The position numbers were made by a program, and so were the translations under genes. A DNA stretch of 64,000 nucleotides from the human T2T-CHM13v2.0 reference genome, Homo sapiens, in the NCBI RefSeq assembly GCF_009914755.1, contig NC_060925.1; one strand, given 5' to 3'. Position 1 is the stretch's first letter. Each line of letters starts with the position of its first letter. The notes below the pieces were generated by a model, which saw only the letters and a program-made list of their open reading frames with translations, had not been told where the DNA came from and did no database searches. Positions 17,724 to 30,762 of the stretch are shown in pieces.

Positions 17724-17989
17724 CCTTGGGAATCACATAGCATAGCATCATGTCCACAGTAAAGACTGGTCAAAATTGTCACAGCCAGCTCAGATTCTAG
17801 AGTAGGGGTCATAGACCCAACCTCTCAATGGAAGGAGTGCCAATAAATGTGTGGCCATGTGGCCTTGGTTTGAAACTACCACGCCTTTCCTGTTGTGGCT
17901 GCTCCACATTGGCTAACGGGGGAGGAGCTTCACCCCCATTTTTGACTCAGCAACACGAACATGAAAAGAGATGGACAGTCCAGCAGACA

Positions 17990-18210
17990 TTGAAAGGGGG
18001 CAAAAGATACGCCATGCAGTTGCACTTCGTGTAAATTTTAAATAGTATCACATACAAAATTAATAAACCTTCTCTTTATGCACAGTTGAAGCCAAGAAAA
18101 TCTTACTTTATATTTATTCCTAACTGAAAACTAGACTCGAATTGTGCAAGTTTTAAATTATGTGAGTTTTTTAGGAATGCATCCTCTGCATAAAATGTGA
18201 ATATGCTGTA
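17990..18210. mobile_element. Possible Tigger-derived (TcMar) DNA transposon remnant
   Basis: Terminus-like aggaatgcatcctctgcataaaatgtgaatatgctgta. Confidence 0.4.
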
Positions 18211-19380
18211 CTTGTTCTAATTCTCTAAGGACCAAAACACCATATAACATGAAGAAAGAAAACAGAGAAGATGTGAAAATTACATCCAACTTTGAGCATA
18301 AGGATTAAAGAATCACCAAATGATTAACTTCCCTCAAAATACAAGTTTCCCATGCTGTTTGAATTGAAGGAATTTTTTTCTGTTGAAATCAAGCATTATT
18401 AGTAAACAGCAGTTGTGAGAACTCGAAGGGGCTAAATTGTAGGCTTTGTTGGAAACAGGCCTGAATAGAACATATTAGCATAAATTGTATTTTTATGGTT
18501 AAGCTGCAGTGTTAAATATCAAACTGTGCTAAACGATTGATTCCATACAGCTGCTAAATTGAACTACCTGTTATATCAGTTTAGTAAATTGTCAAACTTA
18601 GAGAACTCAGCAATTTAATGGATGTGTTTGTAAAATATCCTTAGGTACCCTGGCTTAACATCAAGAAACAAACCACCCTCTTAGAGTGTTAAAAGTCTGT
18701 CTGTTAAAAAAAAAGATTAACAAGGGGATAAATATAAGATTAATTTTTAAAAGGAAAGCCAATATACTATAAAATGAACATAATATGTTCAGTTCATAGT
18801 TCATGTCAAAAAAGTTCACATTCTATCTTAATTTTCTCTACATTAAGTATTAAATAATTTTTGCCTTATCACTATATTATCATTCAGGACACTGGATACT
18901 GAATTTTGCCCAGTTAAACTCACAATCACTATGTCTCCTTCCACTTTTGACTCTGGATATTTGGCATATTTAATCAAATGAGGGGTGAAAATTAAGCAAA
19001 ATGATGTCATGTCATGATGTCATACTTTTTGCTAAATTTTATATATTCTTTAGGAATACTGAGCATTTCAGATAGGTCTCTGCCTTCTATCTTATAATGG
19101 ATGTTTGTAAACCACACAGCAGATATTTAATATCCTGAGAATAAATACCTTGTGTATGGCTTAGTTCTGTCAAATGTAAAATTAAGCATAAATATTAGTA
19201 TTGAATGCCAAAGCCAATTGTTGAAAATCAGATCATAAAAACCCTTATTTGAGGTCTATTAACAACTGACCATTTGAAATAATCAGGGATTAATTAATAA
19301 ATGGTTTGCTTATGTCTTTTATATAACAAGAAGATTGTTAGAAAATAAAATAAGCTATCATTATCACTTCCTTCATGTGA

Positions 19381-19761
<381 letters not shown>

Positions 19762-20544
19762 ATAATACTTTTTTCTAAGTATAAAAGCAACGCATGCCCC
19801 GTACAGAAAGTGTAGAAAATATAAACCAACTAAACAAAAAAGTTAAAATCCTCCATAATAATTTATTTTAAACACCCTGAATCAGATTCTCATTCTTGAT
19901 CATTAAAGGCAATTAGAATTGGAGAAAAGAAGTGAGTATAAAAATTAACTCATAAAAGTGCTAGAGGGAGATACAGGTGATTTTAATGGGCACCTCTCTA
20001 CAGTCCCACCCCCAAAACCCTAATTAGGAGAAGACCAAGTTCGCAGCTCACATCAATGGGCATTCAAGTCAGTGCCATTAGAATCTCAAAGCCAGGATGA
20101 TTCCAGAGGACACATGGGTCACTTGGACAATTGAGTATAACACACTACAAATTGAGATAAATAGAGAAAAATTAAAGTGCTATGGGAACCCAGAAAGGAA
20201 GGGAAAGGATCTGAGCAGCAAGATCAAAGATGATTGCAGAAGAAAAACATTTGAATGGAACTTTGAATGGTGAACAAGCCAGCAAGAACCTAAGAAGTCA
20301 AAGGGAACAGCATTTCAAAGAGAGGGAACATAAAGGAAGGCACAGAGTGGTGAAGTCCAATATGAATGGTTCCATCATCAGGTCACAGAAGTACCTTGCT
20401 GGCCCATTCTTAAAGCAGCAAAAGAGTCAAGCCACGCAGCAAATTGATCCATTCTTTTTTTTTTTTCAAACTTTTATTATGAGGCCATATTAGGGAATTC
20501 TAGAAAATCTAGTGTTATTAAATATGTCCAGACTCTACTAGTGA

Positions 20545-21085
20545 GGAATCTTTTAATCACAGTTGACAGAAACCCAATTTAAACTAGCAAAACAAGTGGG
20601 AATTCATTAATTCATAATTGAAAACTTAGTGTGTAGACTGGTTCAGCTAAAGCTGGACCTAGGTACTCAAATGATCTGGTTGTGTTTCTGTTTCCACTTC
20701 TCTTTCTCTGCTCTGCTTGTATCCACTTCTCTTTGCATGTTAGTGTTACTCTTTCCTACCATAGATACTCTTTCCATATCCCAGGAAAGGTAGCTTCTGG
20801 TGGGCCTAGGCCAACATCCTTACAACTTGCTAACATAAATGAAGAGAATAGTCTTCCCTCAGTAGATCCAGGAGAAGAACCCCCAGGGGGCACCTTTGTA
20901 GCCCAGATTGGACAAATTGCCCTTCCCTAAACCAGCCACTGTAAATGGAGGAATGTAATACTACAGCTGGCCCACTGCAGGTCACTGCCCATGTGCAAGG
21001 GCAGGAGGAGGCACAAGTCACCTTCATGGACAGCCCCACCAAGATCACATGAAGTAGAGGAGCAGGTTCCCAAAGGAGAAAGAGG
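20545..21085 (-). mobile_element. Ancient MLT1 (J/K-type) LTR
   Basis: gacagaaacccaatttaaactagc...ttcattaattcataattgaaaa...agctggacctaggtactcaaatgat. Confidence 0.6.
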
Positions 21086-21494
21086 AGGATGGGAGAGTAT
21101 GCTCAGTACATGACAGCTATAACTAGCACAGTTGATCTGCCAGGTATCTGAGGACTCCCTTCCATCTCAGCAGTGGGGATACATCACCATAAGCCCCAGA
21201 CAGTTACTTGGGAAGCACTGCAGATGGATGACAGTTCTCCTGCAATATACAATGATGAGAAATATACTAAAGACACTTTCAAATCAGCACCCAAAAACCC
21301 TCCTGACAAAGATTTTTCTCCCAATACTCAAAATGGAAGACTCTATTGAATTTTAAAATAGAGAAGCAGAGCAACCAATCGCTCCCCAGCTCCTCCCCTA
21401 GTAATAAGAGTCACCTGTTTTAGCTCTTGTGTCTTACATTAGCATATTTGAAATCTGGTCATTTAAAATTAGATCATAAATGGAACAAGCATCC

Positions 21495-21685
21495 ATATGG
21501 CACTGAGGATGTGCCAGGCACTATTCTAAGTGCGTTACATATAGTAATACTTGCAACAACCCCATGAAGCATGACCTACTATTATTTCCATTTATGGCTG
21601 AAGACGCCAGAGCACAGAGAGGTCACACCACATTTAAGATTTGAATCCAGGTGGTCTGATCCAGAGTCTGTGCTCTTTACCCCAA
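21495..21685 (-). mobile_element. MIR SINE
   Basis: atgtgccaggcactattctaagtgc...acaaccccatgaag...gatttgaatccaggtggtctgatccagagtctgtgctctt. Confidence 0.8.
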
Positions 21686-22019
21686 GGTTAGACACAGAAC
21701 CTCTACTCCAGATAGGTCATAATGTAAAAATGGTGAGCAAGGGAACAGGAAAAAAGGGACACACTGAAAAAGAAGAGTCTGCAACAGAATAAATAAGCAG
21801 ATATAATATTAGTAACATAACCTAGACACTGAACTGTCAGCTCAGAAGCATAAGTCTGTCCGCGTAGCCCCAACATTGTCTATGGAGGGTGTGAGCAGTC
21901 TGGTTTAACAAATCCAGGTTAAAGACTCATCACACTCTACTGGCATGAAAATATCCTCTCCTTTTCCACAGATGCTGTGCCCATAAAGGCAGCCTGGTGT
22001 CTGGAGATAACCTCACTAC

Positions 22020-22200
22020 ACAGTGCCTGATACAGTGTCTGCTACATTGTCATGCTCAATAGTGTTCCTTTAATTTTCCTTAGGAGAGCCATAAGAGCTG
22101 AAAGACTAGATTCAAGGATCAAGTATTTATTGATTACCTACTATGTACCAGACCCTGGGCTGGGCCCCGAAGACACAGCAATGATGAGACAGGCACAGCT
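22020..22200. mobile_element. Two L2 3' ends in tail-to-tail orientation
   Basis: cagtgtctgctacattgtcatgctcaata (+) and tatttattgattacctactatgtaccagaccctggg (-). Confidence 0.55.
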
Positions 22201-23109
22201 ATGCACCCACAGTATCTTCCACCAAGCCTGGCTCATCACACACTTAAGCTGAGGTTAATCAGAATTTTTGGCATCTTTTACAAGCAGCCCTGGTATCTAG
22301 ATGGTATACACCTGTACAGACATACTGCTTGGTAAAATATTGAAATATTTTGTACTACTTGATAAACAGTCACTGCCTAAGTCTCCGGGGTATCTCACCA
22401 CTACCCCCACCCTGCCCTGACCCCACTCTCAGGAACCCCAAACATTCCCCATGATCCATCAACTGGGGGGTAGCCCGGGCCTGGCAGGGGACACCCAAGC
22501 CCCCATTCCAGCATATGTCCTGCACTTGTTCTGATTGGTGGGCACCAATGCCCCTGCCTGTAATCACTAAAAGTAGCCCCAAATCCCCCTTTCCACAAGC
22601 TTTTAACTCACACTTTTCTGATTGACTGCCAGTTCTCTTTAGAAACGGTAGGTCTTTATTTTTAAAAAATAAAATAATAAAATAAAATAAAGGAGAATCA
22701 TCAGACACACAATGTGACAATTAGCAACTGTCTGACAATGACTCGCTGACGCAGAGGACATCATACCAAGATGGGACCAAATTACCTCCTCCTCCTCTGC
22801 CACCCACTGCAGCTTCTATCAGCAGATACCTTCAGAACAGAGGCCCCAGTGACAGGGACCCAGATGGCCCAGCAACCAAGGGAACGGGCAGGACCTTCTC
22901 ACCTTCCCTGGCCTCTCACAGACACAGACTCCTGCTGGCTGTGTCAGTCGCGAAAGAGTGCAAACAACACCACTCAGGGAGTTTCACCCATCTGCCCACA
23001 TGACACCTCGGTTGCTGGGAAATCCCTGTACCTGTCCAGGTGCCAGGAAAGATCAGGACTGGCTCTGACAGAGATCTTCAAAAACCAGACTCAAAGGTAG
23101 TAGGGTTCC

Positions 23110-23260
23110 CCATGAACACTTTGTTCTCAACCTTGGCTGCCCCTTAGAATCACTCAGGGGTGCTTTTAAGATATAGATGCCAGGCCCCAGCCAATTCCAT
23201 CAGCAGATCCAGTGGGGCCTGCCATGGCTTAGGGGACTCCAGATATGGGAACTGCCTCCA
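23110..23260. mobile_element. MER5A-type hAT MITE fragment
   Basis: ttctcaaccttggctgccccttagaatcactcagggg...gatgccaggcccc. Confidence 0.6.
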
Positions 23261-23638
23261 AGGGCCAGTCAGATGGACCCCTGGGGTTCCACTCTCCTGT
23301 ACAAGTCAGTAGCCCAAAAGGGAAACATCCAGACATCATTCTGGCTCCAGGTTCCCCCTCCCACCCTGCCCACATGCTCATACAGCAGATGGAGCTTTGA
23401 GAGGTGTCCCCTTTCCACTGGGGGAAAGGTCCTGAGAATAAAGGGTTCTGGCATTTTACCCGCACATGGTAGCTGGACAGTAAGGACAAGAAATACATTT
23501 ATTCAAATCCTAATATGAGACTGTGAGTTTATTAGCATCATTCAGTATTATCTTTTAGAGATTTCTGGGTTTTTTTTGTTCTAACTGCTAACTAATATTT
23601 TTAAATATCTAGAAATTAATATTTAAAGCTGACTTCTC

Positions 23639-23944
23639 TTTTTTCTTTTTTTTTAATTTTTGAGATGAAGTCTTGCTCTGTTGCCCAGGCTGGAGTACAG
23701 TGGCACAATCTCGGCTCACTGTAACCTCCACCTCCCAGGTTCAAGCGATTCTTCTTGTCTCAGCCTCCTGAGTAGCTGGGAATGCAGGTGTGCACCACCA
23801 CGCTCAGCTAATTTTTGTATTTTTAGTAGAGATGAGGTTTCATCATGTTGGCCAGGCTGGTCTCGAACTCCTGACCTCAGGTGATCCACCCTCCTCTGCC
23901 TCCCAAAGTGCTGGGATTACAGGCGTGAGCCAACGTGCCCCACC
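23639..23944 (-). mobile_element. Alu (AluSx/Sz-type)
   Basis: Reverse Alu; TSD-like AAAGCTGACTTCTC at 23625-23638 and 23948-23961. Confidence 0.92.
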
Positions 23945-25271
23945 TAAAAAGCTGACTTCTCAAAAACAATATCATACAAAAGAATAAAACATAATATAAA
24001 TGAGCCCCTGTTGTTTCTGAGCTGTTTTCCAAAGCACCCTGTCCTTTACTCAGCAAAGAGGTCCTTGTCCGTGCACATCGAAGTCGACTGACAGAGCCAG
24101 AAGGGAGAACAGTGGCGACAGAAGACAAACCACCTTGGGAGCAAGTCCCCCAGGCACTCCTTCCTGGCACAGATCCTGAAATCATGCCCCTCCCATGAGG
24201 CTGCCCAGATTGGCAGCAAACCAGGCCATTGAGTTCAAGAACCTCCAGAGGTCTCCTTTCTAAAGAAGGATCACATTTCCTGTGCTGCTGACAAGGATTA
24301 TAAGGTGCAGGGAGGTAAAGGGGCCAAGTCAATAGGCAAATGTCTTTTTAGGGCAAAAAAAAAAAAAAGGCACTCTCGTCACCTCAAGAGTACAGTAAAG
24401 AGAAAAAACCTCGGACATGCCTCTGGGGGAGACATAAGCTTGAGATTTTTAGTTAAATTAAGCTGCTGTTAAATGTGTCGTTTTTCTGTCTCACAAATTT
24501 TGCCACCAAAAAAAGGAACAAATCAATGCAAATGTCTCAGGTTAGGTACTAAATCCGGGCAGAGTGACAAGGCATCTCATGTTGTAGGTCACCCCTCCAC
24601 ACTGCAACTGCCAAGTAAGGAAAGGAGGACACAACCTCACTGCCACCTCTCCCAGCAAGTCCGCCTTTGCAAAGTGGACACCAACCAGGTGGTGGAGCAG
24701 GCCCCAGGCATGACCCAGGAGGAAAGAGGAGAGGAAAACAAATCAAGGAAGCAAATCAGAGAGCTCAGGAAGAAATCAGAAGCACACATGTTCAAAACAG
24801 GTAGAGCCCACATCCATCCACTGTAGGCATTCTAAGCCTTAATATGTGGCAAAGACAGCAGGGGCTCATGACTTCTGATTTTCTCAGTCAAGGGCAAAAT
24901 GTATCCTCCCTATTTTAATAAAAAAGCAAGATTTAATTATGTTTGCACATCCAGTGGTTCTAGAAATAAGGAAGAAAGGGGAGCTTTTTTTCATTACTTT
25001 TGTATATCACCGTCTTTCCAAAAACCTAACAACTAGGTGACGTGGGCAGCTGCAACCTCTCTGAGTTACTATTGCATCATGGGGCCAGAATGGTTGCTTG
25101 GAAGGCAAAGGGTCAGAACTGCCGACCGCTTGAGCTCCATACTGTATGATCACATGAACTCTTCAGGAATGTAAGTTACTTATATAAAGATATGTTCCCA
25201 AGCAAGTTGTCAATACATTATACCTAAAAATACACCATGGAACTATTAGGAAAATCCTATCACCTATTGAG

Positions 25272-25440
25272 CAGTGGTTCTCAAAGTATGGTAACCAAAG
25301 CAGCAGCAGCAGCATCACCTGTGAACCCATTAGAGCTGCAAATCCTCAAGCTCCACCCTGGACCTACTGACTTAGAAACTCTGGGGGTGAAGCCTGGCAG
25401 TCTGTGTTTCAAGTCACCATTGTGATCTTGATGACTGCTA
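25272..25440. mobile_element. MER5A-type hAT MITE
   Basis: cagtggttctcaaagtatgg...cagcatcacctg...cctactgacttagaaactctgggggtg. Confidence 0.8.
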
Positions 25441-25609
25441 CAGCAACTCATTTAGTAAGCAAAATAGCTCCTAACAGATGTGTTTCAAATATTAGAGTTT
25501 GCTGTAAATATGTCTGTCGCCTAGTTCTAAATCCTTTGCTTCGAACGGTCAATATCTGTTTCAGAGGGGACAGGAAATCCCCACGCTGGCCTCCTTGCTG
25601 TCCTGGACA

Positions 25610-26045
25610 CTCCACCTTAGGGACTTTGCCCTGGCCATTCCCGCTGATGGGAGCACTGCCCCCTCCACCCTACCCCATACAGGGCTTGGCTTAAATGTCA
25701 TCATCTCAGCAAGGCTACCCTGTATCCCTGATTCCCCTTACCTTGCTCACTGTTCCCAAAGTATTTTGCCCTTCTAAAGATCTATATAATTCACTTACTA
25801 ATGTACAGGGCTTTCTGTATGTCTCTCAAGTGGAAAGCAAGTTGCTGTCATGGCAGTCTGTAATGCCCAGCACATAGTAGGTGTACACACACAGACACAC
25901 GCACGCACACATACATATATATGTATACATGCACATATACATATATATGACACACACATGTGTATATATATACACACATATGTGTATATATATATGTCTA
26001 TGTGTATATATATCTACACAGATATATATAATGAATAAATGAGTC
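25610..26045 (+). mobile_element. L2 3' region
   Basis: ggcttaaatgtcatcatctcagcaaggct...aatgcccagcacatagtaggtg...aatgaataaatga. Confidence 0.6.
25882..26030. repeat. Compound (CA)n/(TA)n/(TG)n microsatellite inside the L2 tail
   Basis: Alternating purine-pyrimidine tract seen directly. Confidence 0.9.
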
Positions 26046-26914
26046 AGGCAAATTCCAGGATAAACCTTTGGGTGCACAGCCTTCATTTATTTTGTAAAGG
26101 CTCAAACGATGGGGGGCTACCTTTATAAACTGGAGAGAAGTTTCCATCGCCCATGGAGGACCCCAGTGTTGGTTCCCATGCTGCATCTTTCTGAAGATAT
26201 CTGAATGGTTGATAACCTTGTTTTGCAACCAACATTCAGGAAAGAGTAAGTTGCTGGAATTGCACTATGAATCACTAGTGAAGATGCTGCTTGTAGAAAT
26301 CTTTGCTATCAGTTGAATGCACTACTCATCTGACAATACTTTCTTTCAAATAAAGCCTTCAACCATGTTTAAAAATTGCACAACTATTAGAGGTAACTAA
26401 AATTTAATACTTTTGCTTCTAGCTTAAAGTGAGAAATGTAGAATTGTGCCAAAAGCTGATAATCTCTTCTTGGCTGGTTCAGTGAGAGTGGTTTAGAAGT
26501 AAGGTCTCCAGTCTTTCATAACTAGTTTCTTTTTTATGATTTTCCTGGGAATTTCCAGTTCCAGATATTTTTCTATAAAACAGTTCTACACAGATAGCTT
26601 TAAGGTCACGACAAGTTAAAAATGAATGCTGACCATTAGAAAAGATCGTTGGATCATTGCTAGATGTTTTCATGCAATCTTCCCCATTTCCTCCAGATGA
26701 TAAAACCATATGAAGCAAAACTTGGAAACCAAGATATGACAGAAGACCAAGCTAAAAACTACAGGTGTGTCTTTCAGTGTGCATGTGTTGCATGTGTTGG
26801 TGTGAGGGGTGGAGGGTGGGGGGAGGCTGAAAGAGACAAGGAAAGAGACAGGGACGAGAGGAACCAATGAAATAAGGTGTGGGAAAGTACCCTGCTAACT
26901 GCAAAGCACCAGAG

Positions 26915-27434
26915 CAGCGGTTCTGAAACTCTCTGGTCTCAGGACCTCCTTACATTCTTAAAAATTACTGCAGACCCCAAAGAGCCTTTGTTTATGGGGT
27001 AATATCTATATTATTTGCCATATCAGAAAGTAAAACAAAAATTACTAAAATATTTATTAGTTCATTGTCAATAACCTCATTACATGTTAACATAAGTAAC
27101 ATATTTTATGAAAAATAACTATACTTTCCAAAGCCAAAAAAAAAAAAAAAAAACTGTGAAAAGAGTGGTGCTGTTTCACACTTTAGTGAGTCTCTTTAAT
27201 GTCTGGCTTAATAGAAGACAACTGGATCCTAAAATCTGCCCCTGCATTAAGTTTGTTGCAATGTCATAGGTCCTGTGACCTCTGTAAAGCTTCACTGTAC
27301 ACCCGTGAGAATGAAAATGGAAAAGGCAAATTGCATCTTAGTATTATTATAAAAGTATTTTTGACCTCATGGATCCCTGAATGGGTTTCTCAGAGACCCC
27401 CAGGGACCCCTAGATCACAATTTGAGAATGACCG
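26915..27434 (-). mobile_element. hAT-Charlie non-autonomous element (Charlie1b-like, ~520 bp)
   Basis: Termini cagcggttctgaaact and cacaatttgagaa; Charlie1 motifs tcttagtattattataaaagtatttttgacctc...ccccagggacccct. Confidence 0.75.
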
Positions 27435-27444
27435 TACTAGCCAA

Positions 27445-27590
27445 ATGTTATCGACTTATTTCCTATTTAGAGAAAGATAAACTGAGACTGAGAGAGAGGA
27501 AGTTCTATGATTTACCAAAGGTCACAGCAGGGAGTGGGAAGGAAGGCAGCATAACTTAGGCTAACTTCTGATGAGTACTCTCAGCATTGG
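27445..27590 (-). mobile_element. MIR fragment
   Basis: cctatttagagaaagataaactgagactgagaga...atttaccaaaggtcacagcag. Confidence 0.6.
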
Positions 27591-29876
27591 ACTATATGTG
27601 TTTCCACGTGTACAGAAGCTTCTGCCTAATCTGAGTTTTTCTGAGTAATAAGCACAATTATGAAATACAATAGAGCTGAGTCAGTCAAGTATTCAACTTA
27701 CATGGACTTGGGTCTATGCCCTCTGCTTACCCCCATCTCCACCACAGCAGAGAGAGAGCCTGATCAATTGCATGTACCATTTCATTGCAAAAGCACATGC
27801 CCTCGAGTGACCGTGAGGTAGGGATGTGAATACCCCAGTCCTTCATGAGGCTCACTGCAGTTCTCTTCAAGTGTGAGCATTTTGACATCTTGAGTGGGAT
27901 TCTAGAGATTAAGACATTTTTGTTCGGTTGGTTCAGTTTGGTTTGGTAGCATGTGGCTTGTGAATGCAAGAAACAACAATTGAATGGGGGAACACCAGCT
28001 TTACCAAGCTTATTGAAGGCAGCACAGTCTCTAGTGCTGCAGGTAGAGTATTTGATGGGCAATTTAAGGATTTTCAAGGGTAACTGGCTTTTTGCCATCT
28101 CTGAAACTTCACCCTCACTTAGGGGCAAGTCTTCTGACAAAGCTGAGTTCCAGTGTGATAGCAACATGTGAGTGATGGGGAGGCTTGTGATGACAGCAGA
28201 GGCGTCTGGGTGATGGGAGAAGACACTGACACAGGTGCAAGTGCACACTGTTCACCAGAAATACATGGCACTTCCACTGGGGCTTCTCAGCTTTGTCGGT
28301 GCCAATGCTTACTACTCAGTATTCTACTCCATAATATGCCAATATTTGTACTAAAATGGTTATCGCAAAAGTAATACATTCATTTGCTTAAAAAAATGAG
28401 TACGGAAGAGTAGAGATGTCTTACTCTGACTCCACCCCCATGACAGTCCATGCTCTAGAGGTAACATATCTGTTTCTCCCTTTAGTTCTTCTGATGGATT
28501 CCTTCATAACTCGAATGCACTTACATCTTTATTTCTTGCTGTATCCCTTTTAAAACCTCCCACGAAGACTCACCTATATTCCTTCCACTTCATCTCCTAG
28601 ACTCCAAATGTGATTGATAAATTTACATCATATTCTGTTATTGTATTTTCCATGCTTTGTTTTTAAATTGACTCTAAAACATAAAAACTAGTAAACAGCA
28701 CTGAAAATATGATGGAATGTACAGAACCAAGAAGTCTGACTGAACCCAAAAGAACAAAATGTGATCCTGTCACATGAAATCTGTGCCACTTGAAGAATAA
28801 TGTTTCAAGTGTGAAGATCAAGTGGACTCTCTGTTCCTTCTCTCCACCAACTGCTGAGAACCAAGACACATTTTTGTTTCCTTTGTATGTGGATTATGAC
28901 TTTGTATTTTTCCCAGAGTTCCCAAGAAGAAAAAAAGAAAAGGAAAGGCATATGCAGCATCATACGATAAAGCCATTATTAGTTCTCAGCTACACAGTTT
29001 CTGTAATGGAATCACTTTCTCTTTGAAGACACTGTGGCTTCTTCTGATTGTTGGCAGCTGCTTTCTAAATCGGCTCCACAATTGTTATACTGGGATTTCT
29101 TTTCATTGCCCTACTGGGTTATCATAGTTTGTTGGATCCAACATTTTAACCATTTCTTGATCATTTGTTGTTTGGCTGGAGATATCCTTTAATAGTTGTT
29201 CTTTTTTTGGAAAGGCTATATGGGAAGTAAACTTCCTGAATTCTTACATGTCTGAAAATGTTGATTTTACTCACACACTTAATTGTTCACATGGCTGGTA
29301 CAGCAGACACTACTGGCTGTCACAACATTCATCTACTCCCACCCCAATACTTTTCATAATAACATCTTCCTTTGTACAGGTATTCTCCTTGTCCGTGTGT
29401 CCACAGGCAGTGGTCTACCTATTACCCTTACAGTGATTGGTTTAGGAATAGACACGTTAAAATTTGGTAAATAAGTCTTCCAGGAGTTCTGAATAAAAGG
29501 CATTCCCATTTTCCTCTGCAGACTGTTATTTCTGACTGTGGTTCCTAGAACTACCGTGGATATCTTGTCACCATAGAGGAGCTAGCCTGAGCACAAAGCC
29601 AACAAGCTAAGGAGACGCTGCAAAATAACAGAAGAATCAGGAATCCTGTTATTATTTGTCATTATTAAGCTGATAAATTTACCAACGCTGGTGATGCCCG
29701 ACCTCTGAATTTCAGAAAACGTGAGTATAGAATTATTAGTTTACTTTCCCTTAAAACTTTGAAAGCATTATGCCATTGTCTACTGGTATCTATTGTATCG
29801 ATTACTGAAGTAATATGTGAATCTACTTCCTATTTCTTTGTGAATAATGTCGTTTCCCCTGTTGCTGAGAGCTTTT

Positions 29877-30190
29877 ATTCTTCTCTTTGGTACACACAGG
29901 TAGGGAGCAGGCAGGTACATCTGGAACTCCACCACCTTCAAAGGAAACTAAGGCATTTAAATGTATTTCCTTCCTAGTGGGAGATGACTTTCCTTTTTAC
30001 CCTCTGGCTCTACCCACAGGATTTCCTTTTTGTCTGCTGGGTCTACATCAGATATTATTCTGCATTGCTTCCTTGCCCCAATTTCATACTTTTGGATGTC
30101 CCTTAGCAAATCATTCATAAGTTTGGAAAACCATTCTTAGAATTCAAATTGCTCTATACACATCTTAGAAAGGAAAGAGCTACTTAGCCA
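29877..30190 (+). repeat. Copy 1 of a 314-bp local direct duplication
   Basis: Gap-free manual alignment to 31053-31366 with about 25 mismatches (~92% identity). Confidence 0.95.
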
Positions 30191-30499
30191 GTGTGTAACT
30201 TCATTCCCAGAGTATTGAAATTCATCATAATGTGTCTTGATCTGGATCTGTTCTCATTTATCCTGCTTGGCACTCAGTGGGTTCCTTTTGATTGAAGAAT
30301 TTGATTCTTCCTTTAGCTCAGAGAAAAATTATTCCATTATTTCTTCATTTCTTTTGTATATACTATGCAGATATTGGACCTTCTCAAACTATTATATTGT
30401 CTTTTTACATATTTCTTAAATTTGCCACCTTTTCTAGTTTCTGAAAGATTTTCTCAATTTTGTCTCATTTACTTATTTGGAATATATCATGTCCTTTTA

Positions 30500-30762
30500 A
30501 AAACAAACAAACAAACAAAACAGGGTCTTACCTGTTGCCCAGGCTGGAGTGCCATGGTGCCATCATAGCTCACTGCCTCAGCCTCCTGAGTAGCTGGGAT
30601 TACAGGCACATACCACCATGCCTGGCTAATTTTTTTTCTTTTGGTACAGACAGGATCTCACTATGTTGCCCAGGCTGGTCTCAAACTCCTGGCCTCAAGC
30701 AGTCCTCCTACATTGGTCTCCCAAAGTGCTGAGATTACAGGTGTGAGCCACTGTGCCCAGCC
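30500..30762 (-). mobile_element. Alu (AluJ-type) with internal deletion
   Basis: Reverse Alu; junction ctcactgc|ctcagcc lacks ~35 bp of consensus. Confidence 0.88.

Larger units (their letters stand above)
16520..17860 (-). mobile_element. Older MLT1 (H/I/J-type) LTR split by an Alu and an MLT1D
   Basis: aacaaatcaccccaaattt...ggaatctgagggtcagaaatttt; resumes at ~16990 and ~17724 (ggtcaaaattgtcacagccagctcagattc...acctctcaatggaaggag). Confidence 0.65.

Noticed and set aside
26050-26780. Unique-looking block that might be a decayed pseudogene or exon
   Set aside because: Translations match nothing I recognise; cannot be supported without a search
27727-28248. 173-aa minus ORF and a possible exon 27901-27731 ending in GGG|GTAAGC
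   Set aside because: No recognisable homology and a weak polypyrimidine tract; decoy splice sites are common in long introns
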